A DNA stretch of 64,000 nt from Candidatus Marinacidobacterales bacterium (lineage in GTDB: Bacteria; Acidobacteriota; Vicinamibacteria; Marinacidobacterales; SMYC01). Below, one piece after another: positions 42,227-52,057 of this stretch (position 1 is its first letter; every line of letters begins with the position of its first letter). A model generated the notes under the pieces. It had not been told where the DNA came from. It did not search any database and saw nothing but the letters and a program-made list of their open reading frames with translations. The stretch lies in NCBI GenBank assembly GCA_965237955.1, contig OZ250169.1, positions 7,296,001 to 7,360,000 of the forward strand, given 5' to 3'. The translations under genes were made by a program, and so were the position numbers.

Positions 42227-43456
42227 GTGAAGATTCATAACCGCGTTGCGATCGGCCTGCTTGCCGGTGTCGCCGTCGGGGCTTACTTCGGCGAAGACGC
42301 TTCGGTTCTCGAGCCTTTGGGGACGCTCTTCATCAAGCTCATCCGCATGGTCATCGTCCCGCTGATCGCGTCGTCGCTCATCATGGCGATCGCTGGTCTT
42401 CCCGGACGTGCGGCGCTCGGGCGGATGGGGCTTCGTGCGTTCGGGTTCATCGTTGTGAGCCTCTTCGTCGCGCTCTTGATCGGTATCGCCATCGGCGCTG
42501 TCTCGCGCCCGGGTGCGGTGCTCTCTGCGGTCGCGAGGGCTAGCCTCCTCGATGGTGGGGAGATTCCGGAGGTGGATCCGAGTGCGCCGCGACCGTCCAT
42601 CGTGGAAACCCTTCTGGACATCGTTCCCGACAATCCCATGCGCGCTGCGGTCGAAGGCAATGTCTTGCAGGTGCTGCTGGTTTCGATCCTCCTCGGACTT
42701 GCCGCAAGCGCCCTGCCGGAAAAGCGCCGCAAGCCGCTGGTCGATCTCGCTCGCAGCGTGGCCGAGACGCTCTTCAAGCTAACCAGCTGGATCCTCGAGC
42801 TCGCGCCGTTCGGCATCTTCGGCTTGATGGCAGCGGTAATAGGCCGCGCTGGGTTTTCCGTTCTGTGGAGCCTTGCGGCCTACGTCGGCGTCGTCGTTCT
42901 CGCGCTCGTGATTCACGTCGTTCTCGTCTACGGGGTGATGCTCAAGGTCGCTGCCCGACAAAGTTTGAAACGGTTCAGCGAAGCGGCGAAGCCGCCGCTT
43001 CTCATCGCGTTCGCGACGTGCTCGACCGCGGCCGCTCTTCCGGTGTCGATGTCGACGATGCAAAAGGACATGGGTCTTTCGTCCCGCGTGGCGAGCTTCG
43101 TTCTTCCTTTGGGTGCGGCGATTGGCCGCGATGGTAGTGCGATCTATCAAGCGATCTCGGTACTGTTCATCGCCCAGGTCTACGGTGTGACGTTGGGCGG
43201 TCAGGATTACGTCACGCTCATCATGACTGCGATGCTGTCGGCCCTCGCAGTCGCATCGGTGCCGGCGGCAAGCTTCGTCAACTTGACGATCATTCTTGCA
43301 GCGCTCGGACTTCCGCTCGAAGGTGCCGCCCTCGTGCTCGGCGTCGAAAGACCGCTCGATATGGCGCGCACGTCGACCAACCTCATCGGACACCTCGTCA
43401 ACGCGAGCTGGGTCGGCGCCGCGGAAGACGAAATAGCACCTACTCTAGAGGCTTAA
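42227..43456 (+). CDS. Dicarboxylate/amino acid:cation symporter (DAACS)
   Basis: FIKLIRMVIVPL, AFATCSTAAALP, LPLGAAIGRDG, DMARTSTN. Confidence 0.92.
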   Translation: MKIHNRVAIGLLAGVAVGAYFGEDASVLEPLGTLFIKLIRMVIVPLIASSLIMAIAGLPGRAALGRMGLRAFGFIVVSLFVALLIGIAIGAVSRPGAVLSAVARASLLDGGEIPEVDPSAPRPSIVETLLDIVPDNPMRAAVEGNVLQVLLVSILLGLAASALPEKRRKPLVDLARSVAETLFKLTSWILELAPFGIFGLMAAVIGRAGFSVLWSLAAYVGVVVLALVIHVVLVYGVMLKVAARQSLKRFSEAAKPPLLIAFATCSTAAALPVSMSTMQKDMGLSSRVASFVLPLGAAIGRDGSAIYQAISVLFIAQVYGVTLGGQDYVTLIMTAMLSALAVASVPAASFVNLTIILAALGLPLEGAALVLGVERPLDMARTSTNLIGHLVNASWVGAAEDEIAPTLEA

Positions 43457-43462
43457 ACTTTT

Positions 43463-45181
43463 GCCTCTCCTGCCATTTCAGTGGATCCTCTCGAGGGTGA
43501 GACCGCCACAGTTTAGGTAGACGAGACTGATGAGAGCTTCGGCAGAGTGGAGTCCAAAGCTGCGGTGGCTCAGCAGCCGGATTTTGTTGTTCATTCCTTC
43601 GAGTCGGCCGTTGCTGAGTCTCCACGTGACCCACGCGATGACGCCATCGAAGTGGCTGCGGATCATCTTCGCCGCGCGTTTGACGGGCTCTATCCTCGAG
43701 CTCATAGCGCGCCGCAGCCATCCTCGGAGAAACTTCTTGGCCCATGTCTCGGTTTTGTAGGTGTAGAGGTCCATGAAGTCGTCGCGCAGAAGCATGGCGC
43801 GGTAGAGGCGACGATTAGCTCGCACCTGCTCGCGGAGCACCCGTTTGTCTTTCGCGCTGCGGTTGTGTTTGGCCTTGAGAAGGGGAAACTTGGTGTTCTT
43901 GAGGTTGCGCCGGGCAGTCCCTTTGAGCTCGCGCACCAGCTCGCGCCGGGTCTTATCCACGGCCTCGTTCAGATGCTTGACGATGTGGAAGCGGTCAAAG
44001 ATCACCCGTGCCTGAGGAGCCTTTTTGCCGACGACAGTTATGTACGGCTCCCACATGTCCATGCTGACCGCTTCGAGCTCCGCGGCTCTTTGTGGTCCGA
44101 GCTTGCGGAAAAACCGCAGCAGCGTCTTGGCCTTGCGCTCCTTTCCCGCCCAGACGACCCGGCCGCTGAGATGGTCTATTACCACTGTTAAGTACTTGTG
44201 GCGTTTGCGGTAGCTGATCTCGTCCATCCCAATCACCCGCAATCCATCGAGCTCGCGCCGCTCATCCCGCTGCTCGGCAACCACTCGCTGGATGATCCGT
44301 CGCACCGAACGCCACGTCACTCGGAAATAGTTCGCTACGGCGCTGACGTCCGTCCTCTGTGCCAGCCACGCTACCTCTTGTTCGAAGCTTTTGGTAAAGC
44401 GGCTTCCCTTGTCGGCCCAAGGCACCTTTTCTCTGACCACTCCACACCGCCGACATACCACTCGTCGGATCGAGTAGCGAAGATAGGTCCGGACTCCGAA
44501 CAGGTCCAAGTGCCGCCAGTAGCGATTGTAGCGATCTTTGTTCTTGCGGACCTTTCGTCCGCAAATCCCGCACAGAGGCTTCCTCCTCCGTGGTACTACA
44601 TCCACCACCACTCTGGCTTTGTCCGCCTGGAAGTGGAAACCTCGGACCCACAGGCCTTGCAATCCGATGAGCTTGTTGACTAACGTAGTAACGCGCATCG
44701 CGGGAACGCTCTTTTCTCTTTCGGAAAAAAAGATTCTAGCGTTCTCGCCGATGCGCATCTACACATGGCTTACCCTCTCAACCCACGGGCCTCACCAAAT
44801 GCCACTGCCCCTCAGCGGGAGACGAGGCTGTGGGAAACGCCCCCACGGTTCTGGTCGTTCAGACCTTGCTCACGACTGAGTTCTCTTCGAAGCCTGGAAG
44901 GGCGTTTTCCATAGCCTCCACTAATCGAGCCCCCCCTTCCTTATTCCATATGAATTAATCTTTCTTGTATATATATCAGGAGGGGCCTGTGGGCGCTCGT
45001 GGGAAACGCGAAGCGTTTTCCAAGCGATTGTGGAAAACGCCGCTCCACGTTTGTACGTGCTCACAACCTTTCCCTAAACGCCTCTCTCGCCCGGAGTTTC
45101 CGGCGTTTTCCACAATCGCGGCAGCGTCCATAGGCCATGCCCTCCAACACAAATCAGATCCCCCGAAACGACAGGAGAACC
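43463..45181 (-). mobile_element. ISL3-family insertion sequence, copy 2 (1719 bp)
   Basis: Near-identical to 2005-3722 with the same IRs. Flanks AAACTTTT (43455-43462) and AATCTTTT (45182-45189) form a 7/8 target duplication. Confidence 0.95.
43478..44698 (-). CDS. ISL3-family transposase (protein identical to copy 1)
   Basis: Same translation as 2020-3240. Confidence 0.95.
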   Translation of the reverse strand: MRVTTLVNKLIGLQGLWVRGFHFQADKARVVVDVVPRRRKPLCGICGRKVRKNKDRYNRYWRHLDLFGVRTYLRYSIRRVVCRRCGVVREKVPWADKGSRFTKSFEQEVAWLAQRTDVSAVANYFRVTWRSVRRIIQRVVAEQRDERRELDGLRVIGMDEISYRKRHKYLTVVIDHLSGRVVWAGKERKAKTLLRFFRKLGPQRAAELEAVSMDMWEPYITVVGKKAPQARVIFDRFHIVKHLNEAVDKTRRELVRELKGTARRNLKNTKFPLLKAKHNRSAKDKRVLREQVRANRRLYRAMLLRDDFMDLYTYKTETWAKKFLRGWLRRAMSSRIEPVKRAAKMIRSHFDGVIAWVTWRLSNGRLEGMNNKIRLLSHRSFGLHSAEALISLVYLNCGGLTLERIH

Positions 45182-45317
45182 AATCTTTTAAACCCCGCCT
45201 AGGGGGGCTTTCCCCCATTCGGCCCCCATCCGGCAATTCAAGTCGTTCATTCCATACGACTTTTTTCCTGGCAGTTTTCTTGCATTTGCGAGAGCAACCA
45301 TCTTTTCGGAAAACGGA

Positions 45318-46043
45318 ATGAACTCGCAAGAGGAAGCTCTGGTCAGGGATTGCCTGCCGCTCGTACGCCGGGTAGCGCTCCACGTCGCGAGCCGACTGCC
45401 TTCCCAGGTAGAGCTGTCCGATTTGATCCAGGCGGGTTTCCTCGGCCTTCTCGATGCGGCTCAAAAATTCGACGCCGACAAGGGTGTTCGTTTTTGGACT
45501 TATGCGGAGCTTCGCATCAAAGGCTCGATCCTCGATAGTCTCCGCGCTCTCGACTGGCTGCCACGTTCCGTGCGTCGTCGCCGCCGCGAGCTCGACGCGG
45601 CATCCGCGCGGCTCGAATCGTGTCTCGGCCGCACGCCGAGCGAAGACGAGCTGGCGACAGAGCTCGCGCTGACGACGGACCGGTTTCGAAAGGTGGTCGA
45701 CGAAGTCCGCGGTGCGGAAGCGAGTGCGGAGTTGGTCGAAGGGCTCGACGGCATCGACGTATTCGTGCGCGATCCGAAGGCAAAGGACCCGCACGATCTT
45801 CTCGAGCGACGAGAGCTCGTCACGCTCCTCGCGCGGGGTATCGAAGGTCTTTCGGAGCGAGAACGCCTCGTGATTGCTCTTTATTACCACGAAGAGCTCA
45901 CCATGAAAGAAGTGGGTCACGTTCTCGGCGTGAACGAGTCACGCGTGTCTCAGATTCACAGCAAAGCAGTCCAGACGCTCCGAACACGACTCGCCCGACA
46001 CCTGCGCCCGCGGCTCACCCCCACCCTCGCCCGCACCGCCTAG
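45318..46043 (+). CDS. fliA: FliA/WhiG-family RNA polymerase sigma factor (sigma28)
   Basis: DLIQAGFLGLLDA, FWTYAELRIKGSILDSLRALDWLPRSVR, LYYHEELTMKEVGHVLGVNESRVSQIH. Confidence 0.93.
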   Translation: MNSQEEALVRDCLPLVRRVALHVASRLPSQVELSDLIQAGFLGLLDAAQKFDADKGVRFWTYAELRIKGSILDSLRALDWLPRSVRRRRRELDAASARLESCLGRTPSEDELATELALTTDRFRKVVDEVRGAEASAELVEGLDGIDVFVRDPKAKDPHDLLERRELVTLLARGIEGLSERERLVIALYYHEELTMKEVGHVLGVNESRVSQIHSKAVQTLRTRLARHLRPRLTPTLARTA

Positions 46044-46081
46044 GTGCGCACAAACTCGTTCTCCGTCGAGGATAGAATCTC

Positions 46082-46209
46082 AACGCAAAGGCGCAGAGTC
46101 GCCAAGACGCAAAGTGGGCGTCGGCGCTGACTCGCGTCTTTCTATGCAGCGTCATCCTTGGCACCTCTTTCCCTAGTGACCCGTCTTTGCGACTTAGCGC
46201 CTTTGCGTT
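46082..46209. repeat. REP-like intergenic inverted repeat
   Basis: AACGCAAAGGCGCAGAGTCGCCAAGACG (46082-46109) pairs with 46182-46209 at 25 of 28 positions. Confidence 0.75.
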
Positions 46210-46258
46210 AGTCTTTTTGCGTCGCCGCGCCGTGTTGCGATGATGTATTCTCTAAGGC

Positions 46259-46555
46259 ATGATTTGTCACGTCGTTCTCATTCGCCTCAAGGTCGAGGTT
46301 TCGCCCGCGGATACCGAGGCATTCATGGCCGAAGCAAGCAATATTCTCGCTCCGATACCCGGGGTGCGGAACTTCAAAGTCGGGAAAGGCCTCGGCGTCA
46401 AAGCCGAAGTGTCATACCCCATCGCGATGGTGATGGAGTTCGACGACGACGCTGCTCTGGAAGCGTACCAGGTTCACTCCGAGCACCAGCGTTTCGTGAA
46501 CGAGGTCGTCGGGCCGATTCACGACGACAAACGTGTGTACGACTATCGCTTTTGA
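46259..46555 (+). CDS. Dabb family stress-responsive A/B barrel protein
   Basis: MICHVVLIRLK, IPGV, FDDDAALEAYQVHSEH. Confidence 0.88.
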   Translation: MICHVVLIRLKVEVSPADTEAFMAEASNILAPIPGVRNFKVGKGLGVKAEVSYPIAMVMEFDDDAALEAYQVHSEHQRFVNEVVGPIHDDKRVYDYRF

Positions 46556-46728
46556 TGCGATAGCTCGCGGCACTCCTCGAAACCGAAGCGTCGCAGAATG
46601 CTCTTGGCGACGGTCTCGGCCGGCACCCAGTAAAGACCCGCGCGGACCGCTTCCCTGAGTTGGCCCAATCTCATCCGTCGCTCACGCGACGGATCTTCGA
46701 GGGTCGGGATCTCGTAGGGTCGTCTCAT
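46543..46728 (-). CDS. flgM: Minimal FlgM-like anti-sigma28 factor
   Basis: RLGQLREAVRAGLYWVPAETVAKSIL matches the FlgM C-terminal signature (L-K/R-x-A-I-x-x-G-x-Y-x-V-x-x-x-x-I-A-x-x-L). It is adjacent to fliA and preceded by a sigma28 promoter. Confidence 0.72.
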   Translation of the reverse strand: MRRPYEIPTLEDPSRERRMRLGQLREAVRAGLYWVPAETVAKSILRRFGFEECRELSHQKR

Positions 46729-46743
46729 GTGAGGCTCGCCGTT

Positions 46744-46770
46744 CTATCGGCAGGATCGCGGGCGACATTA
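46744..46770 (-). promoter_or_regulatory. Sigma28 (FliA) promoter for the flgM-like gene
   Basis: Minus strand TAAT-N15-GCCGATAG, 15 nt upstream of ATG 46728. The consensus is TAAA-N15-GCCGATAA. Confidence 0.75.
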
Positions 46771-46801
46771 ATAGGCGCGTCTCGGGCACGGGAGCGGGGC
46801 G

Positions 46802-48403
46802 TTACGGGTACAGCAGGAGATGCGCTTTGAGGGCCGGGTCAGCACCCTCTTCCACCATGGTGGTGAAGTGCCAACCGTATTTGTTGAGATAGCCGAGCGG
46901 CGACAGCTTCCGCTCCTGCATATCGAAACCGGGGAATAGCGCGGTGCGCGTGGCGAGGAACTGTTGGCGGACGGTGTCGTTTTTTCGTTTCACCGCACGG
47001 AACGCCTTCGTTTCTAGCTCTTTGAGGTGGTGCAGGAGCTTCCCGCGCGTCGACTTGATGGTGGGAACCAGCGATGCGTCGACAGCGCTCAAGTCGCGCT
47101 CGAGGGCCTTGGTGATGTCCTGAATGCAATTGCGGGCTCGCTTCAAGTCTTCGTCAAGTTGTGGCGGTGTCTGCCCGCGCACGATGTCGTTGAGCAAGGA
47201 TTCATCGTCGGAGCTCAGCTTCGCGAGCGGGACGTCGTAGCGATCGAGAAAACGCGCTTGCGGTCGCTCGATCACGGTGAAGCTCGCGCGCGATGCGATG
47301 AGAGGCATCGTCAAATCGAAGTGCTCGTACACGCCTTTGAGCTGAGCGAAATACGCAAGCTCGTTGGGTCCGGCGACGTAAGCGAGAGTCGGGAACAACG
47401 TGTCCTGGTAAATGGGACGAAGCAACACATTGGGGCTGAAATGCGACGGCTCGTCGCGAAGCCTACGCGCTAGCTCATCCTTGTTGCCGTTTTCGTTTTC
47501 GGAAATGGTAACGGGGCTCCGCAGGGGATCGGCATGAAACAAGTTCAAGTGGGACTCCGAAGGTGTCGCCTGGGCGTGGTAGCCGCGCTCGACGAGCTCG
47601 GCCGTGGTCTGTTGCACCAGCTTGCGGCTAACGGAGCCTTCTTCGAGCTCGCGTGCGAAGACGTCCACACCGAGAGCTTTGAGCTCGGGAAGCGAAGGAT
47701 CGACGATGACGAGACCGCTCCCTCGGGTCATTCGCAAAAGCCAGGCCCCGAACGCTTCCGCCATCGTGCGTCCCGCCGCGTAGCTCTCTCCGAGAGTCGA
47801 CAGCATGTCCTCTTTGAACTCAGTGTCGGGGAGCGACCGAGCCGCCTCGTCCAAAACCGTTCCGATCGCGGGCGTTAGCTTGCGTCCCCCGACGGGGAGC
47901 TTCTCACTCGCATCTTCCGTGTCGTAGCGTAGCTCGACGAGCTCGTTCGCCGCATCCAGAATCCACGTGCTCTGAACCTCGGCAAAATCGTGATCGTCGG
48001 TGTCCATCCAGAAAAGGGGAACGACTTTCGTTTGGAGCTCGGCCTCAGCCGCGCGTGCGAGCCGCACCGCTGTCAGCGCCTTGTAAAGCGTGTAGAGCGG
48101 ACCGCCGAAGAGTCCCACCTGCTGGCCGGTGATGACCGCGAGCGCGCCATCGCCCAAGACGTCGATGGAGAGAAGCGCGAGCTCGTCGGCGCCGAGCGCG
48201 GTGTTGAGTGCACGCAACGGCGTCGCAGCGCTCGTCGACGGCACTCGACCCGCGAGCGCGGTCGCCATCTTCCTCCACGCCGCCGGATCGAAAGGATCCC
48301 CGGTGAAGAAAGGTGACAAGGCGCCGAACCGATGGAGATAGTCCAGGAACAGGGGCTTGTAGGAAGGAAGCTTGCGGTAATCCAGTGATTCAGCTCGTGA
48401 CAT
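46802..48403 (-). CDS. bshC: Bacillithiol biosynthesis cysteine-adding enzyme BshC
   Basis: ITGQQVGLFGGPLYTLYKA, FWMDTDDHDFAEV, SPNVLLRPIYQD, YVAGPNELAYFAQL, QER. Confidence 0.95.
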   Translation of the reverse strand: MSRAESLDYRKLPSYKPLFLDYLHRFGALSPFFTGDPFDPAAWRKMATALAGRVPSTSAATPLRALNTALGADELALLSIDVLGDGALAVITGQQVGLFGGPLYTLYKALTAVRLARAAEAELQTKVVPLFWMDTDDHDFAEVQSTWILDAANELVELRYDTEDASEKLPVGGRKLTPAIGTVLDEAARSLPDTEFKEDMLSTLGESYAAGRTMAEAFGAWLLRMTRGSGLVIVDPSLPELKALGVDVFARELEEGSVSRKLVQQTTAELVERGYHAQATPSESHLNLFHADPLRSPVTISENENGNKDELARRLRDEPSHFSPNVLLRPIYQDTLFPTLAYVAGPNELAYFAQLKGVYEHFDLTMPLIASRASFTVIERPQARFLDRYDVPLAKLSSDDESLLNDIVRGQTPPQLDEDLKRARNCIQDITKALERDLSAVDASLVPTIKSTRGKLLHHLKELETKAFRAVKRKNDTVRQQFLATRTALFPGFDMQERKLSPLGYLNKYGWHFTTMVEEGADPALKAHLLLYP

Positions 48404-48481
48404 GGGAGACTCGGACTCCGGACGGTACTCGAACTCGCCTATCATAGCGTTCCGGTTGCCGCCGGGCCAGCAGCGGTCGCG

Positions 48482-48511
48482 TTGACACCCCTTAAAGGGT
48501 TGTGTTAAAGT
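48482..48511 (+). promoter_or_regulatory. Sigma70-type promoter upstream of the kinase operon
   Basis: TTGACA-N18-TAAAGT with an extended -10 TG. The spacer is quasi-palindromic. Confidence 0.55.
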
Positions 48512-48578
48512 GACTTAACTGCATTGTGGGGAGATAGGCCCTGAATCGCAACGAGAAGTCTACCTCGCAACATTGATG

Positions 48579-48605
48579 GATAGCCAGATAGCCAGATAGC
48601 CAGAT
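48579..48605. repeat. Tandem octamer (GATAGCCA)x3
   Basis: Directly visible in the 5' region of the kinase gene. Confidence 0.85.
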
Positions 48606-48657
48606 TGACCGTCGGCCCCGGGCGATAGTAAGTAGTCAGGATGGTCGGAGAACCCCG

Positions 48658-50888
48658 TTGAGCGAATCGAGAGGCGAGATCCCGAAGAAGATCGATCGCT
48701 ACGAGATCATTGAGGCCGTGGGCTACGGCGCGATGGGCGCCGTGTACAGGGCCTTCGATCCGCTCATCAAACGGCCGGTCGCGGTAAAAACGTTGCGGCT
48801 CGATGTGCCGCCTCAAAGCCCTGACTACAAGGCGTTTCTCGACAGATTCGCAACCGAAGCACGCACCGCGGGTCGGCTCTCGCATCCGAACATCATCACA
48901 CTGTACGACGTCGGGCACACCGAAGATCAAGTCCCATGGCTTGCGATGGAGTTCGTCGAAGGGCAGACGGTCGCGGAGCTACTCGAAGGCGAACGACTCC
49001 GTTCCGAGGTCGTCGTTAGTCTGGTGTCGCAGATCGCAGCCGCGATCGACTACGCGCACACCGAGGGTGTCATTCATCGCGACATCAAGCCGTCGAACGT
49101 GATCGTCTTCGGCGGCGAGAAAGTCAAAGTCACGGATTTCGGCATCGCCAAGCTCATGGGTGCGGACGCCACCCATTCCGGACTCATGATGGGAACACCG
49201 AGCTACATGTCGCCCGAGCAAGCCATGGGTGAGGAGCTAGACGGACGAACCGACATCTTTTCGCTCGGGGTCGTGGCCTTCGAGATGCTCAGCGGCCAAC
49301 AACCTTTTCCGGGAAACAACGTCACCTCGATTCTCTACAAACTGGTGCACTCCGATCCGGCGCATCCGGACGATCTCGAGGTCCTCGGTCTTCTCCCGGA
49401 CAAATGGCACCAGGTCTTTTCGAGAGTTCTCGCCAAAGATCCGATGGAGAGGTTTGCTACCGCAGCGGAGTTCGTCGAACAGCTCGAGCACTGCCTTGGA
49501 TCTTGGTTCGGGGCGCTTGAGGGGGAGACCGTCATCATCAAAGATCCCGCCGCGCTCATCGGCAACGAAACCGTGGCCTCCGACAAAACCGTGCTCGCAC
49601 CACCTGGCGACAAACTCAGCCCTGTTGAGAGTGGCGAGAGCGATGAGACGGTGGTGGTCCACCTCCGGCTGCGAGCGTTGATGCGGGTCGTGACGATCCG
49701 ATGCAAAGGAGCGACGACGACACTTGAGAGAGACGCGGTGCTCGACGACATTGCGGTAGAGAACCCCCCACTCGCCGCGGGAGAAGAGACGGTTTACGTT
49801 TCGCCCCCGGGGAGCGAAGCCGAGGAGACTCTGTACGCGGGAGAGGACGAAACCGTAAGCTCGCTCGATGCCGTCGACGAGACGTTACTCGACAAAAAAG
49901 CCGCTGCCGTCGCCACCGCTCGCCGACCACGCGTCGGTCAAAAGGAAAAACTGCTCCTCGGAGGCGGCGCCTTCGCCGTCCTTGTCGCGGTTATGGCGTT
50001 GTTTATCTTTGACGGCGGGGGGGCGGCGAAGACCGCGAGCCCCCTCCCCCCGTTCTTGTTGCCACACCGGAGCCGCCGCCGCGGTTGGTCGTCGATTCGG
50101 GGAGTTTGATCGTTACCAGCGAGCCCGAAGGTGCGACCGTGATTGTGGACGGGCAAAAAGCCGGGGCGACTCCGATCGAGCTGCAGCTGCCGCTTTCGGT
50201 CCATGAGCTTGTCATCGAGCGCGAGGGCTTTTACCCGGAAGAGGCCACCGCCTCGTTGACCGCCGGCGCACCGAACCAAACGCTTTCGTTGGCTCTACGC
50301 CCAGAGCCTCCCAAGCCCGCGTTCGTGCGGATTCGTAGTGAACCGCCAGGAGCGCAAGTCGAGATCGATGGCAACGTTTTCGGAGCGACGCCGACCGATC
50401 CACTCCGTGTGAGTGCCGGCAACCGCACGGTACGGATCGTCCACGATGGTTTTCTTCCGTGGGAAGACACCATCCGCGCCCGATCGGGCCGAACCGTGGA
50501 TGTAGACGCCGTGCTGACCGAGAGGCATGCGTCGTCGGCGTCACCCGATGAGACTCGTCCCGTGCCAACCGTTCCCCAGGTCGAAATCGGCACGCTCGTC
50601 CGGCGAGGTGAGCCCGGCGTCGAGAACCCTGAATGCCTCGAATGCCCCACGGTCCGATACCCCGAATCGGCGCGCCGTGCACGTCTCGAGGGCGTCGTCG
50701 AGTTGAGCTTCATCATCGATGAGAACGGAGCCGTCTCCGATATCCAGGTTCGAGCGTCTGGCGGCGAAGTCTTCGACGAGGCGGTGACCGCTACCGTCAG
50801 TGCGTGGCGTTGGGCACCGGCCACCAAGTACGACGTTCCCGTCAAGATCCGATGGGTGCAACGATTCCGGTTCCGACAGGGCAGGTGA
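48658..50888 (+). CDS. Ser/Thr protein kinase-TM-PEGA x2-TonB_C fusion, frameshifted in a C-run near 50040-50051
   Basis: GYGAMG, VAVK, HRDIKPSN, DFG, GTPSYMSPEQ, then a TM segment. The second ORF (50085-50888) has SEPEGATV and SEPPGAQV PEGA repeats and YPESARRARLEGVV TonB_C. Confidence 0.85.
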
Positions 50889-52057
50889 TCGTTTTGGCGA
50901 AACTCGTCATCAACCCGACATCGGCCTCCAAGAAGGAGATCCCGATTGCCTCGCGGGTTATTTCAATCGGTCGGGACCCGTCGAACGATCTAGTGCTCTC
51001 GGACTCGATGGTGTCGCGCCGCCACGCGATCCTCGAACAACGGGACGATATCTTCGTGCTCCGCGACAACAACAGCGCGAACGGGACCCTGGTCAATGGA
51101 GATAGAGTTGACGCGGAGAAAACGCTGCGCGATGGCGATCTGGTCGCCATTGGATCGTCGCGCCTTCTTTTTCAGCTCGACGATGGCGCGGCGGCGTCCG
51201 TGCCCGACTCCGCGCCGGGTGCGGCCGAACCCGCCCTCGACGGCCGTGTCGAGCTGAAAGATGCGGGCGCTTCGGCTTCGGCCCATGCAAAACCTGGGGC
51301 GGGCTCTAGCATCAACTGTTCGTCGTGCGGCAAGAAAGCCCTGACCACCGATCGCTTCTGCCGCGCGTGTGGAAACGAGCTCGAAAAGAAGACGAGCGTC
51401 TCGTGCACCGCGTGTGGCAAGACGGTACCGTTGCCCGCCGAGTTCTGTGGTCACTGCGGTTACGAGTTGCCGACGAAGTACCGTGGCGCCGCGTTTGCGA
51501 CGAAGCCTCAAAAGCGCTCCGAGCTTCTCGGCGAGAAGTCGGACGGTGACGCCAGAGCCGAAGAGTCACCGGTGGCTCCTCGTCGACCGCGACCGGGAAA
51601 GCCCGCGACCGCCGCTCGCAAAGAAGAGGAAGCCGCCGGGTTCGGTGTCCGTCTCGTCGCCGCACTCGTGGACAGCATGATTCTCGGCATTCCGCTTCTT
51701 GTGGCCACCCTGTTGTGGGGAACGTTCGCGCTCGACGGCGGCGACGGCGGGCCACGGTCCGTTCCCGAAGGAAGCCTGGCGGCGGTATCGATTGGTTTTC
51801 CGCTACTCTGCCTTGTGTACTACGTTTTCTTTTGGGGCGCGCGGGGGGCGACGCCCGGTAAGAGTCTGTTGGGTCTGTCGGTCCAAACGGACGAAGGCGA
51901 GACTCCCATTGGCTTTCAGCGTGCCGTTCTCAGGGTGGTAGGCTACTTGGTGAGCACTTTGATACTCGGGTTAGGGTTCGTCATGATAGCTTTTTCCGAC
52001 GACAAACGCGCACTCCACGATCGCATCGCGGGCACCCGCGTCATGAGGAACCTTTGA
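50885..52057 (+). CDS. FHA-double zinc ribbon-RDD membrane protein
   Basis: IGRDPSNDLVL...VSRRHA...SANGT (FHA), four CxxC motifs, and RLVAALVD...TPGKSLLGL...HDRIAGT (RDD). GTG overlaps the upstream TGA. Confidence 0.9.
   Translation: MIVLAKLVINPTSASKKEIPIASRVISIGRDPSNDLVLSDSMVSRRHAILEQRDDIFVLRDNNSANGTLVNGDRVDAEKTLRDGDLVAIGSSRLLFQLDDGAAASVPDSAPGAAEPALDGRVELKDAGASASAHAKPGAGSSINCSSCGKKALTTDRFCRACGNELEKKTSVSCTACGKTVPLPAEFCGHCGYELPTKYRGAAFATKPQKRSELLGEKSDGDARAEESPVAPRRPRPGKPATAARKEEEAAGFGVRLVAALVDSMILGIPLLVATLLWGTFALDGGDGGPRSVPEGSLAAVSIGFPLLCLVYYVFFWGARGATPGKSLLGLSVQTDEGETPIGFQRAVLRVVGYLVSTLILGLGFVMIAFSDDKRALHDRIAGTRVMRNL

Noticed and set aside
2005-45181. 43-kb composite transposon bounded by the two direct ISL3 copies
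   Set aside because: Each copy has its own target duplication (GGATTATA; AAACTTTT/AATCTTTT), which indicates independent insertions. The interval also holds core genes.
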